A stretch of DNA of 64,000 nt, taken from NCBI GenBank assembly GCA_964016885.1, contig OZ024755.1:29078001-29142000 (forward strand). Direction: 5' to 3'. The translations under genes were made by a program, and so were the position numbers. The notes beneath the pieces are model-generated. The model searched no databases. It saw nothing but the letters and a program-made list of their open reading frames with translations, and had not been told where the DNA came from. Below are positions 28,341 through 42,772 of this stretch, one piece after another (position 1 is the stretch's first letter; every line of letters starts with the position of its first letter). The stretch comes from Eledone cirrhosa. Taxonomy: Eukaryota.

Positions 28341-30273
28341 ATTGACTGAAGTTTTAGAGGCGTTGGGTTACGTAAGTTCTACTTCGAACCAGATCCTAAG
28401 TATCAGGCTCTCTCGATCTGTGCACAAATTGGAAGTATCCAGAACGTTTGAGCTTCTTCATTAACATATAATGAAATCTAACGTTACACAGATAGCTGAG
28501 ATTATACATGTAAAATCACAACATAATTCTTCTTATTGTTGATTTCTGCACGAATTATCAAAGATAGAATAACCACTTTCTATTATTTTAGTAATATTAT
28601 TATATATATATACAGAGTACATTTGCTAATTTGTTATCTGCATAATGATTTAGTTTCGTTTATAGTCGGTGACCTACCCTATATAACTATAATACTTATT
28701 TTCAAGGCATCCATTCCTTTGGGATTTTGCAGTCAGTCTGCAAATAAAAATATATTATGATTCCTATATACTATTTCATTATTATAAGAGAATTTTAAAA
28801 ATATCACTATATATTGCTACCCAATATGTACGTTAAGATCTCAAAGGAGTTGGAAATGCATTTTATTGCCTCCTATCCCGTTAAATCAAGTGGTATACAG
28901 TTATTCATATGCACTCATTTCAACTTGTAAAACCAAATATTTTGTTACAATAAGAAAGTTGCACATTTGTTGTTGTTTAGCTCGAGGGCGGCTTTAATCT
29001 TCAGAAACTAGGATCAAAAGTATCCATCCAGGAGCATCTCATACCTTCTTTGGTGCATTATCTCTAAGTGGGTCTACTACAAATCCAACTATATGACGTT
29101 CATTTTAAGGTCACCTGATAGGTGATATATACAGATTGGTTGAAATTTTGGACAACACAAATGACAAAGAGCTAACGTCCAGGTTATCCAATTTCTTCAC
29201 CGAACGTATTTTCGCCAACCAAATAAGACTCAAACTTTCAGGAATTGTAGATAATAATATTTGATAGAACATTGGATCATAGAAATCAAATAATTAATTG
29301 TTTTCTGATATGTATTTCAGAGTACAATTGCAAATATATTTGGTTCTTAAGAGACAGGAGTGTAAAAGCTCGTATAAAATAGAAAATCTTTTTAGAAATC
29401 CAGATAATTGTCCTATAACTCTTGAATATATCAAAATGAATAACTGAAAATTTTAGTTATACGCAACCATATATTAAACACTCTCATAGTACACCATATA
29501 AGAAATACAAGCTTCAAGCTTTCAAAGATAATTTCAAACAAATGACACAAAACTGGTAGACTTACAAAACACCTCTTCCCATCGTGTGGATAATGATTGA
29601 AGCCTTCCTCCCCAAAAGCTATTTGCTAAGACCTTGAAAACCAATTTAGTCCAGAAATATATGTCTCAAATGAAATGGAAAACGTACAAATGTGTACTTT
29701 GTTGTGCTCTCATCTATCCAGATCTGAATGGGTACAGAAGGTCGTAAAACATCTGTGTAGGTCATACATTGCATGATAAAAAGAAGACCAATATAAACAG
29801 GACGAGTCTCACCACGACAGGTTAAAACAGTAGTTCAGGTACATAAACTGGATGTGATGTAGTTACCGTCAGGAAAATAAAAAAAGACGAAGGACATAGG
29901 TGCAAAAGAGAAATTGCGTAGGTCTGAAATTTAAAATAAAATGAAAATTCAAATACCCGAAACGTAAATAGAAATAAAATAAAAATGAAAGTTCAAATTC
30001 TCCGTTGATCTAATATTTCACCCAACGCCGTTTCGACGGTATTTTGCTGTTCTCCAATTTTTCCTGAAAAATCACAGACCCTCCATCTCAACTCTACTTT
30101 TCAAAAGTAGAAGAACTGCGAAACCGGTAAAGGAACCAAATAAATATATATATATATATATATATATATTTTTAAATAAGACTCCAGTTGCATTTTCGAT
30201 TTCATCTTTTTTTCTTTATATTTTCACTCGTGTAGGACACCTCGGTTATTTTTCATTTTGTAAAAAACCTCAC

Positions 30274-30354
<81 letters not shown>

Positions 30355-30444
30355 GTGTTTCCGTAGGAAAGGTAAAGGAAAGGAGAGTGCTCTATGTAGG
30401 TTACAGAGCTATTTAGTTATGTAATAACCAACATAAGACAAGCA

Positions 30445-30517
30445 TTCCATTTACCAAAGGTTTCACGAAGACAGATGAGCTCGACACACACGTCTGAAAT
30501 CGCTCATCAGAATGAAA
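30445..30517 (-). ncRNA. Hammerhead ribozyme (family E, left arm)
   Basis: tttcatt CTGATGA gcga...tcgt GAAA cc ttt gg TA aatggaa. Confidence 0.85.
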
Positions 30518-30694
30518 TTTTATTTGAAGTGGGTGTAATATATGGATTTAAAAATAAAGGCTAAAACAATTGAAAGCGAGGCTCATATAAAATAGAATAA
30601 CGGACATAATGTAATGGGGAAAAAATAATAAATGTATATTTTTATATAATAATATATAAATAATAAATATATATTATATCCACTTCAAATAAAA

Positions 30695-30767
30695 TTTCAT
30701 TCTGATGAGCGATTTCAGACGTCTGTGTCGAGCTCGTCTGCCGTCGTGAAACCTTTGGTAAATGGAA
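30695..30767 (+). ncRNA. Hammerhead ribozyme (family E, right arm)
   Basis: tttcatt CTGATGA gcga ttt cagacg-loop-cgtctg ccg tcgt GAAA cc ttt gg TA aatggaa. Confidence 0.9.
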
Positions 30768-30792
30768 TAATTGTCTTATGTTTTTTATTACA

Positions 30793-30842
<50 letters not shown>

Positions 30843-30861
30843 TTGATATATATATATTATA

Positions 30862-30921
<60 letters not shown>

Positions 30922-31042
30922 TATATATATATTATATATTTGATATATATATATTATATAACTATATATATATATATATAATATATATTATATATATATA
31001 TTATATATATATATATTATATATATATGTATATATATATATA

Positions 31043-31186
31043 TAGTAATAATAATAAATTTGAAGACTAAAATCCAAAGAGGGCTCGATAAGGATAAATA
31101 TATATCAAATATATAAGAACCGTAGAGCAAATATTTATTAAAATAACAGATTAAAGTTTAAGCAAAGAATCGCTGCTTTCACCCTT
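31043..31186 (-). mobile_element. Family C PLE-like 3' end between (TA)n and (GATA)n
   Basis: Near-identical to the left arm of 57249-57409. Confidence 0.8.
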
Positions 31187-31249
<63 letters not shown>

Positions 31250-31984
31250 TAAAGAAGGAAATGCGAAAATATTTGTTAATAGTGTGCAGATTAACACAAT
31301 GTAGTTACTTTCCCTGGCTGTAAACATAAATAGTTTCTTATTGGATACCTATTGATTTATAACGAGAGAGAGAAACACAAAGAGTGTAAGAAAGTTGTAT
31401 TTGTTGAATGATGTCGAACTATATAAATTTAGCTTTTAATATTTTAATATCCACACCATATGCTCTATGTTGAGAAATGTCAGACACTGACATCAAACAC
31501 ATACAATTTATTGTAAGTAATATTGACACGTGGAAATATCTAAGTAATTTCTGAAACTGACGAAAACAATGTTTCCATTGTGTCATATTTATTAAAATAA
31601 TGTTTTTTTTATTTTCTTGTTGTTCTTCTTAATGCCTGGAATCTATTATTCATATTGAATACGAAACCATAATATAGGTATTATTTCTGTTCAGTCTTAA
31701 TGTCATCAAAGAAGTGTCTGTTGGATCTATAGGTTTCGTTGTGTTTTTGTTTGGTTTTTTTTTCGTTTGTTTTTTGGTGTCATTCGATGCATATATTTCA
31801 TTCTTTGTTTGCAATAAATTCTATATGTCCGTATAATAGTTTTCTTATATATATAGTGTGGTATGTATTAAATGGGTTCTGTCAGAGATTAGAAGTCATC
31901 CGCAATTAATGTAAGTTATTCAATATCTGAAGAGTATGTGGTACTTAATTTTATTCTATTTAGAATGAACTTCTATGAAGCGTA

Positions 31985-32317
31985 AAGAGCCTCTTCGGTC
32001 ACGAATGATCATGGAGTTGCACCTAGAAAGCTCAACTCCGAGTCACAAGTCCGAGTAAGGTTGTTTGTGGAAGACCAGCAGTCGTCCATGCATACCAGTC
32101 TTCCCTTCCTCACGCCACCGACGTTGTGCAAGAGAAAGGCAATGACCGATAGAGCTTGGCACCAGTGACATCACCAGTGACATCTACAGCTGGGTAAACT
32201 GGCGTAACGTGAAATAAAGTGTCTTGCTCAAGAGCTCAAGAGCAAATCACTGTCCGAGAATCGAACTCAAAACCTCTCGATTGTAAGCCAGACGCTCTAG
32301 CCACTAAGCCATGTGCC
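31985..32317 (-). mobile_element. Second tRNA-derived SINE with CORE-like domain
   Basis: Head ggcacatggcttagtggctagagcg (A box), gagttcgattc (B box), then cttgagcaagacacttta CORE-like motif. Confidence 0.8.
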
Positions 32318-32690
32318 ATCACTTCTATGAAACAGGCATAGTTTGTTTCGGTTTTGGTATCATTAGGATATAAAGATACTGATGTTTAGTAGAATTTAAA
32401 AAAAGGAGGAGATGTTTAGATATTAATGAAAATACAAAGCATGAGTACAACCATAACTTTCTCTGTTCTGACAACAATGACGAAACAGATATAAATACTT
32501 CTAGATAGAAATGTAGATTTTACCCAGGACATCCATACATGGAGGTCTTGGTCCTCAATGACCATTCCTGAATAACATGTTTGGATGCTGATTCCTGTGT
32601 GTACACAAGAATTGGCTATATATAAACCTTTCAAGCCCATCCATTTCCCTGGCAGCAATTAAGTATGTTTTCATTATTTTGCACTTTACT

Positions 32691-32910
32691 AGGGCGGTGG
32701 ATTGGAAGTATCGGTAGCGGGTCGGACGCCATGCTATGCTGCATAGAGTTACGCCTCATTACGATCTGAGTTCAAATCCCGCCGAGGTTAACTTTGCTTT
32801 CATCCTTACGGGGTCGATAATATAAAATACCAGTCACGCACTGGGGTTGATTTAATCGACTTTCCCCTCCTCCCAAATTGCTGGTCTTGTGCCTATATAA
32901 GAAACCATTA
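32691..32910 (+). mobile_element. Full-length SINE (main family) with TSD
   Basis: A/B boxes; TSD cattattttgcacttt on both sides. Confidence 0.9.
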
Positions 32911-32949
32911 TTTTGCACTTTTCTAGGGAGGTGGGTTGGCAGTATCGGC

Positions 32950-33175
32950 AAGAGGACACAAGTGCTGCGCCCCGCTGACATGACGGCAAAGGCATTCCCC
33001 CGGCCGACGGCCAGTGACACCCGCTGCAACAGCCACCCAACCGCGCGGGGTTTTTTCCTCAGACGGGCCGCCGATGCTCCGATCCTGCGGTGGAGCTCGG
33101 CAGTACGGGGTCCAAGTACGCCGGAGGTCTCGACGGCGACCGTTGTGAAGAAGAAAGCGGCCGGACAAACAAACG
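32950..33175 (-). pseudogene. CRE-like non-LTR retrotransposon C-terminus (restriction-like endonuclease end)
   Basis: AVETSGVLGP.TAEL..RIG...WLLQRVSLAVGRGNA; second copy at 35205-35372. Confidence 0.75.
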
Positions 33176-33240
33176 ATAATTTGTAATTGTATCAGATCAA
33201 ATCTACAGAATTCACTCGTCAAAAGTAAATGAAGTACAAA

Positions 33241-33690
33241 TAATTGTTTCTACTTTAGGCACAAGGCCAGCAATTACCCAGTGCATTAACTGGTACTTTA
33301 TTTTATCGACCCCGTAAGGATGAAAGGCAAATTCAACCTCGGCGGGATTTGAACTCAGATCGCAAAGGGACGTAACTATGCTGGAAAGCATGGCGTCCGA
33401 CCCTCTACCGATACTGCCAATCCACAGTACAAATAATATCAGGTTTTAATATTATCAGCAGCAGTAATTAGGCGGTGGATTGGCAGTATCGGTAGAGGGT
33501 CGGACGCCATGCGTTGTAGCATACAGTTACGGCTCTTTATGATCTGAGTTCAAATCCCGTCGAGATTAACTTTGCCTTTCATCCTTACGGGGTCGATAAA
33601 ATAAAATACCAGTCACGCACTGTGGTCGATTTAATCGACTTTCCCCTCCCCCAAAATTGCTGGCTGTGTGCCTATATATAAGAAACCAAT
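33241..33690. mobile_element. Two SINE copies in head-to-head orientation (33241-33425 minus, 33470-33690 plus)
   Basis: TSDs agtacaaataat and aatattatcagca. Confidence 0.88.
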
Positions 33691-34395
33691 ATTATCAGCA
33701 GTAATATAGTTCATTTTAATTTTCATTGCAGACATTAACTGAATTGCAGTTAGATTGCCTTCTACATGAAACCATTGCTGGGGTATTTAGAATCTACTTG
33801 ATTAACAATTCCGGCAAATTCATTGTGCTTGCTACGTGTAATTTGACTTTGAATTAACATCACATAATGAAATATTTATATTTCTGCAACTGCCGGCGAA
33901 TTCTGGAGTGAAATTGGACATTGTTATTAATACGTCAATTTGTAAAAGTAATTAGTTTCAACATTATGTAAAAGCTTTTAAACATAAGAAACACAATCCC
34001 CCGAATAAAATGAGGTTTGTATTTTTTATTAATTTTCACATTTTTACGTTTGTATATATGTGCAAACATCGTTACCATACAATTGTGTGTTGGCATATTT
34101 AAAATTATGTGGTATTGTGTGCATGTATATGTGTGAAAGCCACTTCTGTATGCTTAGTGTATTGTGATGTTGTATGCAGTAGATAAATCACTGCCATTCC
34201 TTCACTTCATATCATTAAAATGGCGGATTAATAGATAGTAATTAAACATTCACAATATTGTCGTTGATTTACGAATTAAAATCCAAATTGTAGTTTGATT
34301 TTGCAATCAGATATATAGTTATTCACTTACACACCGCCTTTTATGATTTAATGTTTGTATGTTTATATTGATTTAAGCATGTATATACCACTATA

Positions 34396-35165
34396 CGACG
34401 TCCCGTTTGTCCGATATATAAAGACCTGCAAAGGGAACACCAGAGGGCATAGACAACGTGGGTGGATGTGCAGGTCAAGGAATGGCGGATACGGAAAGAC
34501 CCGTTAGGGCCTGTAAGAGTGGTGAGGGTTGAAATAAAGGGACAAGTGTTGCAGCGGGAATGGGAACAAGGATGAGAGCCGGTGGGGTCGTGGGAGAAGA
34601 CGAAAAGGAACTTCGAACCAGGAGGTCGCGGGCGCGCTTAAAAGCAGTAATGGGTGGGTTTGGAAAAAAGCGAGAAGAGACGGGGTCAGAAGAGAGGATA
34701 CGGAAGGAACGGAGGATATGTCGCCGGAGTGGTAGGGTGATCGGGTGGTAGGTGAGGGGGAAACGAACACGGGTGTTGGGAGGGTGAGGTGAGGTGAGGT
34801 GAGAGGGCTGTGGTGCGGTCTGTTTCCCGGGCGCGAATGAGAGCAGCTTGAATCAGGGGGGGGGGGGGGTAGATCCATGCTGGATGAAGCAGGAAGCCAT
34901 GCGAAGGGAATGGGTTTCGAAATCGTCGTCCTGGCTACAGAGTCGACGAAGACGGAGGAATTGGGAATAGGGTATGGAGTGTTTGGTGTGGGTTGGATGG
35001 GAGGAGGTGAAGTCGAGGTAAGATTGGGAGTTTGTTGGTTTAATGAAGATGGAAGTAGAGAGGATGTGGTGAGAGTGATTAATAGATAGAGAGATATCTA
35101 GAAAAGCGACAGAAGAATCGGAAACGGAGGCGGTGAAATTGAATGTATTGGTGTGTGGATGTGTG
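34396..35165 (-). pseudogene. Neptune-type Penelope-like element: RT C-terminus, Cys-rich linker, GIY-YIG start
   Basis: AFLDISL...IFIKPTNSQSYLDFTSSHPTHTKHSIPYSQFLRLRRLCS; PCSHSRCNTCPFI; LTCTSTHVVYALWCSLCRSLYIGQTGR. Confidence 0.92.
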
Positions 35166-35204
35166 TTTGCGTATTGGTTTTGAAACTGTTTTCCAACCAA
35201 AAAG

Positions 35205-35372
35205 ACGGCAAAAGCATTCCCCTGGACGTAAAAGCCACCCAACCTCGTGGGGCTTCCTCCTCAGACGGGCCGCCGACGCTCTGATCTTGCGGAGGAACTC
35301 GGCAGTACGTGGTCCAAGTACGCTTGAGGTCTCGACGGCGACCGATACAAAGAGGAAGCGGCCGGACAAACC
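35205..35372 (-). pseudogene. CRE-like C-terminal fragment, second copy
   Basis: FLFVSVAVETSSVLGPRTAEFLRKI...WLL..QGNAFAV. Confidence 0.7.
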
Positions 35373-36399
35373 CCTGTATTTTTAATTTTACGTTTTTCTT
35401 TAGATGTAGGTTGTAACCTTTGGTAATTTGATATTAATCCCGCCATGGCTTTCATCCGTTACTGTTAATGTTTATAAAAGCATTTTAAAATAAGACGTAG
35501 AATGGATTCTCTTAAATCACATAACTCTGAGGTAATTATCTGTAATAAACATATGAAATATCACTAGAGATTTTAAGGAAAAAGGGGAAATTCTAATCAT
35601 TACAGAGAAATCTAGAAAATATAATCTATTATATATACATATATTCGTGATAACTTTTCCAAGTATTGTTTGAGTGATTCGGCGAGTTTGATTGAGATTC
35701 GGTTTATGATAATTTGATTCTAAGGTTTAGATCTTCAAACAACCCTATTGTTTATTATTAATAATCGATTGGTTTTGTAGTTAATCTATGAACACGATAT
35801 TTATTTCCTTGCATCGCTCAAAATGTTCATTTATGTGAGAATATGATTTATTTGCTTATGTATTAGTAACATCGTTTCTTTTAGGAATGTGTTGTATGAC
35901 GTGTTATATAAAAATACAGCATCATTACTGTGATAACTTTGCAGCGATAACCCCTTACAGGAATGTAATCGTCCATCATTTATTCCAGCAAGCAACGAGG
36001 ATTTCTAGCAGTGTATGTAGATTTCATTTTTTTTTCTATTTATTTATTTTTTTTTTACTATATCTATATATTACTAAATTCTGGGATTGCTTGCTTGCTT
36101 GTCTGTAATGTAATACAACCAAAAGGGCGCATAATGGGAAAATACTTTGAAAGGAAGTTGCCCCTGAAATGGGAATACGAATGGAATAAAACAAGTTTCG
36201 CGTAAATCAGACCACGGGTTCCGGTGATATGGGGGTTTTCCGGGTTCCTTCATAGATAGAGAGAGAGAGAGAAAGATAGAGGGGAAGAGATAGTGGTTGT
36301 GTGAGAGTAGATTGAAATAGAGACATAATAGAGAGAGGGAGAGGAGACAGAGAAGAAGAATGAAAGAGAGCTGGTGGTGTTGTTGAGTATATATATACG

Positions 36400-37690
36400 T
36401 GAGTGTGTGTGTGTATATATGTGTGTGTATGTGTGTGAGTCTATGACCAGTGTATATAAATCACCCACATATACACAGACACACACATATATATATATAT
36501 ATATGAATATACACACATTTATATATATATACACACACGTATATATATATATGGGCCTCCCAGTTTCATTTCGCATTATATACATGTCTGTGTATATTTT
36601 AATTATTTAAAAATTATTTTTAAGTGAACATGATTTAAAAAAAAAATATTTTAAAGCAAACGTGACCCAACGGGTCACGGGTGGTTGATTGAAATGGCGG
36701 TGGATTGGCAGTATCGATAGAGAGTCGGACACCATGCTTTGCAGCATTGAGTTGCGGTCCTTCATGATCTGAGTTCAAATCGCGCCAAGGTTAACTTTGC
36801 CTTTTATCTTTATGGGGTTGATAAAATAAAGTACCAGTCACGCACTGGGGTCGATTTAATCGACTTTCCCATCCTGCATAATTGCTGGCCTTGTGCCTAT
36901 ATATAAGAAACCATTATTATATTTTTACTTTTTGTAAATGTTCTGTATGTGTGCTTGTTTATGGAATGATAATCATGGAAATGGTTGTTTTTAATGTCTC
37001 TTCTTTAATGTCTCCAGGGATATTTTCCATGTCAATTAAGATTAATTACCTTGCAATTAGAATTTGTTTTTAAGTGAACGCATTTTACATCTTATCGTTT
37101 TAAAACGGTTTTAGTAAACATTGACTGCGATAGATCCATGGAGATATAAGACGAAATAACTGAATAGTTTTCTATTAAATTAACTTTACTATTTTTATAC
37201 TTTGATAGAAAATAAGAATGTTTCCTTCTTTATGTATTATTTATTTATTTATTCCTACAAAATAATGATTTCTAGTATAGGCACAAGGCCAGTAATTTTG
37301 GGGAGGGACAAGGCCAGTAATTTTGGGGAGGCTAAGTTGATTGAATCGAACCCTGCGTTACTGGTACTTTATTTTATCGAACCCATAAGGATGAAAGGCA
37401 AAGTTAACCTCGGCGTGTGTGTATATGTGTGTGTGTCTATGACAAGTGTATATAGATCACAGACACCCACATTTGTGTATACATATATATATATATGTAT
37501 ACACACACACACACACATTTATATATATACATACACGTATATATATGTGCTTTCCAGTTTCATTTCACATTATATATATATATATGTCTGTGTATATTTT
37601 AATTATTTAAAAATTATTTTTTAGTGAACATGATTTAAAAAAAATATTTTGAAGGGAACGTGACCCCATGGGTCATGGGTGGTCTACTAT
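36400..37690 (+). mobile_element. Two copies of a Helitron-like 3' segment (36400-36686, 37414-37690) flanking SINEs at 36696-36915 (+) and 37268-37413 (-)
   Basis: Duplicated segment ending in hairpin cgtgaccc-aac-gggtcacg followed by ggtggt(ctacta). Confidence 0.55.
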
Positions 37691-38897
37691 TACTTAAAAT
37701 TAAGTATAATACGTATTTTCATATCACAATACATCGTCAAACGGTCGGTAATCGACGGTCGATTACTTAGCATCATCTGCTAAAATAGGATAATCGGTAA
37801 TCGCTCAATATGTTTATCGGTGCATCCCCAAAAACCGTATCTGTTCATGATACGTTTGAGATTACTACAAAAGTACTCTACAGAAAAATGACCATTCAAA
37901 ATAAACTCATGGGACATAACTAATGGTTTTATACCAAATAGAATAAAATATAATCCTAGGCTTTTACAACGAAGAGGATGATAGTGCTAATAGGTTTAAA
38001 ACCTGATATATCTAGGATTAAAATTTAAGAGTGGCTTGAAAACATCTCTACTTTTTTTTCTTAGTTTAATTGTGTATTATTTATATTATTTATAAATTAA
38101 ATTATTGGTTTTTTCCCCCAAAAAATATATTACATTTAAAATGTTTATATTTGTATTTCGAAATCTTTAGTACCTTTTACTCTTAACAGGTGTTCTATGA
38201 TTTATAAAATTATTTAGTAGCTAAACTACACTTTTTACACTGTTTACACATTCTGTAATCATTGTCTGCTAAATCACCAAAGCCATATTTAGAGTATACA
38301 AACAATATTTTTTAAGTGTGTTATTTATTATTACATATTGCAGCGTTAAGAGATGTTTATATTTATACACATATTTACAATTCTCAATAGAAATGCTTTT
38401 AAGATTTCCATCAGGAAGGTGATAGATAAACACTTGTGATATATATTTACTTTTTAACATATAACAAGTTCTACACTTATTTACTGCATTAATAAATGCC
38501 TTAGAGGATGTATACATGTGTATATATGTGTATACGTGTGTATATATGTGTATACATGTGTATATATGTATGTCATCAAGATAACTTCACGAATACCTTA
38601 CGATTCCTATATGTAGGCACCACAACCTCACCACCGCTACAAAGAATCCTAATAGCCGCTACTTAAAACGACGATCTGAAGAAATGTTCAAATATAATAT
38701 TTACTGGAGTGGCTTATTCAAACACTCACACACACAGGCTCTCTCTCACACATACTCACACACACACTCACAAACTTATACAAATACAACCACAACCCTT
38801 CCGATATATATTTATTTAGTTAAATCTTTATTTATTGTACGATATTAGGAAGTTTCGGTTTACAATGTTTTTCATAGCATATTGGAAGTTACATATG

Positions 38898-39089
38898 TTT
38901 CTAGTTCGTTGATCAGATGAAAGAGATAACTATGTCATCTGATAAACGAGCTGGACATTTCTGTAAGGTTCGGCTAGTTTACTATTCCATTACCAAAGGT
39001 TTCAGTAAACTAGCCGAACCATACAGAAATGTCCAGCTCGTTTATCAGATGACATAGTTATCTATTTCATCTGATTAACGAACTAGAAA
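38898..39089. repeat. Fold-back (86-bp arms) whose spacer completes a family E-like HHR on the minus strand (38987-39052)
   Basis: Minus: tcat CTGATAA ... GAAA cc ttt gg TA atgg; CTGATAA instead of CTGATGA. Confidence 0.8.
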
Positions 39090-39179
39090 TATATATATAT
39101 ATTAAAATTATATTATCCTTATCGAGCCCTCCTCGGATTTTAGTCTTCACATTTATTATCATTACTATATATTTATATA

Positions 39180-39252
<73 letters not shown>

Positions 39253-39255
<3 letters not shown>

Positions 39256-39436
39256 CAGAAGGGATATTCAATTTCTTGAACCGTAAAGGTATGTCATCCT
39301 TGGTTATGTCAAATATTTATAAAACATTTTGTTTTTTATATGATGATGGCGTACCAACATTTTGGTACCCTTGAAATATATATAATAGAATAAATATGGT
39401 TTTATAAATATAGTTTCAATATATTTAATACCATTG

Positions 39437-39438
<2 letters not shown>
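39253..39438. mobile_element. Family F tails-out insertion with degenerate HHR
   Basis: Inverted tail aagcagaagggatattcaattt plus plus-strand ATGATGA..gtaccaa/ttggtac..GAAAtatata. Confidence 0.8.
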
Positions 39439-39508
<70 letters not shown>

Positions 39509-39594
39509 TGCATATATGAGTGTATGTCAGCGTAAGGCTATGTGTGATCAGGTGCCTGCGCGTGTGTGTGCTTAATATTTGCAAAACATTTCAC

Positions 39595-40010
39595 ATAGTA
39601 TCAAGCGATGCCTGTGCTTGAAGCTTTTTTCAGTGAGGAAGGGCTTTGCACAGGGCCAATCCCACTCTCTGAACATCGAATGCATTTGCTCAAAACGAAG
39701 AACTGGTCTACATCATTGGATGCAAATGAAGTCGCAGGTTTTATATCAGAGTGACCTTCTCGTAGAGAGATGTCTTTATGAAGACTACGAGTCTCTCATT
39801 CCACAAAAAAAGAGAACTTTATTGGATGGTTATTGATCCTACCCAGTTCAGCCATTTGACGGGTTTTGTTCTTCATCCTGCTGGGTGTCCAAAGTCACCC
39901 ACCTCACCAAGTAATCTTGGTGGGGTTGCCGGTTTAGTCGCCGACAATCTGACTATGCACAGGTTGTACTGGGTTGCATGTTACCAGTAGCGCTGAAGAG
40001 CGACCTGACA
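39595..40010 (-). mobile_element. Diverged family H copy
   Basis: Colinear with ~9535-9938; same terminus acctgaca. Confidence 0.75.
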
Positions 40011-40081
40011 TAAACATATATACATACATACAAACATATATACATACATACATATGTGTGTGTTTGTGTGTGTCTGTATCT

Positions 40082-40167
<86 letters not shown>

Positions 40168-40905
40168 AGGGTGCCTTTAGTTATAACGTAGAAAGCAGTA
40201 ATTTACAAATTCACTAGATTATTTGTTGTGTCAAAGTCGTTATACGTATTCCAATGGTCTACGTTATGTAATTGTTAATCTTTAGATACGATCTCTTCAC
40301 ACAACTCTCATATATACATATAAATTCTTTAAGAGAAATCGTTGACATTTGATGTTGACTATCTAAAACCCGGTCGATATATGGAATTCAACAACAATGG
40401 TTCTGCTGGCATTGTTGAGGGCCTGACTTCGTTTCAGACTCTTATGAAGCTTGTTCCTATGTGTCCAATACTTGTCCCTGTTGCAACCTGCTTTCTTGAT
40501 TAATAGAGTAGTTGTAATGCAAGGCACTCTCAGTTTATCAGCCCCTGATTTTCAACAGCATGTTGTTATCATTGGATGGTGCTAGGCTTGGAATGCAGTC
40601 CTTTTCGGTATTTGTCCAGTCCTAAATCAGATATACATTATAATCATAGAATCTTGCTGTCGCTATTTCAATATGTATGCACATCATAAATGACTCAGTA
40701 ATGGTTCCAGAATGGTTTTTATTTCAGCACTGAATGAGTAAACGTTACTAAGTATTGGTATTTGTTGTTCCCACATGGTTACTCGGGTGGATCTGATGAG
40801 GGCACCGCTTACCGGGAGAAAACTTTTGTATCTTTAATATATATAAATTTTCTTTTCTATGCTGCCATATACACCCTCTATTCTGTGTTAAATACTACTA
40901 CTGCT

Positions 40906-41645
<740 letters not shown>

Positions 41646-41755
41646 TTAGTTAATTTGTATTCCAATGTTACTAAGTAGTTGCATTGGGTGTAGTCAACTG
41701 ACGTCAGAGATTGCTCAACGTATAATAAAGTGTGTTTTAAAATCCGGAGAAAATA

Positions 41756-41924
41756 TGGAGAAAAAATTTACGAAATGGAAATGCGGGTATATAGAATTTA
41801 TTAGGTAACAATTGTTTCTATAGTGTATGAGTAGCGAGGTATAGGTAACTCATACACTATAGAAACAATTGTTACCTAATAAATTCTATATACCCGCATT
41901 TCCATTTCGTAAATTTTTTCTCCA
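41756..41924. repeat. Palindrome with 77-bp arms carrying HHR 3' half GAAACAATTGTT
   Basis: Arms 41756-41832 / 41848-41924; abuts (TA)n. Confidence 0.9.
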
Positions 41925-41927
41925 CAT

Positions 41928-42063
<136 letters not shown>

Positions 42064-42177
42064 TATATGTAGGAGGTGAGTTTTATTGTAGTACAATAAA
42101 GCAATGCAGATATCATATGTTGATTTAAAACTGCACTATCCACAAGTGTTGTTTAGCCTTCATATCATGTTCTCCTG

Positions 42178-42244
42178 TTTTATCTGATGAAAACACAAAT
42201 ATTATTGCATGATGATGTTTGTTTTTGAAATGCGCATAATAAAA
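42178..42244 (+). ncRNA. Type I hammerhead ribozyme
   Basis: ttttat CTGATGA aaacacaaatattatt-gcat-gatgatgtttgttttt GAAA tgcgca TA ataaaa; palindromic ATGCGCAT stem III. Confidence 0.85.
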
Positions 42245-42327
42245 TACATGGAACTCCTTTAACCATCTGTTGATCTTATATTATATAAATATATATATAT
42301 AAATATATATGAAAAATATATATATAC

Positions 42328-42392
<65 letters not shown>

Positions 42393-42415
42393 TATATATA
42401 CATATATACATATAT

Positions 42416-42615
42416 AACGAAGGAAATGTGGTAAGGAACCGGATGGACCATAACGCACCAAAGTACTCAATACTTAGGGTAGTAGAGTGGGAAATAGGAA
42501 CGAGTAGGACTCCGACGGCTGAGCTCAAGCCGTTTCGACGGCTAATTCTGGACGAATTCTGCCCAGAATTAGCCGTCGAAACGGCTTGAGCTCAGCCGTC
42601 GGTGTCCTACTCGTT

Positions 42616-42617
<2 letters not shown>
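42416..42617. mobile_element. Family B fold-back insertion
   Basis: Arms ~42495-42551 / 42563-42620; long arm carries the tail to aacg. Confidence 0.9.
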
Positions 42618-42688
<71 letters not shown>

Positions 42689-42707
42689 CTATATATATAT
42701 ATATATT

Positions 42708-42772
<65 letters not shown>

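Larger units (their letters stand above)
30352..30797. mobile_element. Family E fold-back insertion with an HHR in each arm
   Basis: Inverted arms ~30414-30541 / 30672-30797; extra tail 30352-30413; (TA)n on both sides. Confidence 0.9.

Noticed and set aside
32691-32785. tRNA gene
   Set aside because: A/B boxes belong to a SINE head; no full cloverleaf.
33732-33860. Possible host exon after tttcattgcag
   Set aside because: No recognisable protein similarity or partner exons.
40790-40832. CTGATGA...GAAA hammerhead candidate
   Set aside because: Stem II pairs poorly; at most a decayed copy.
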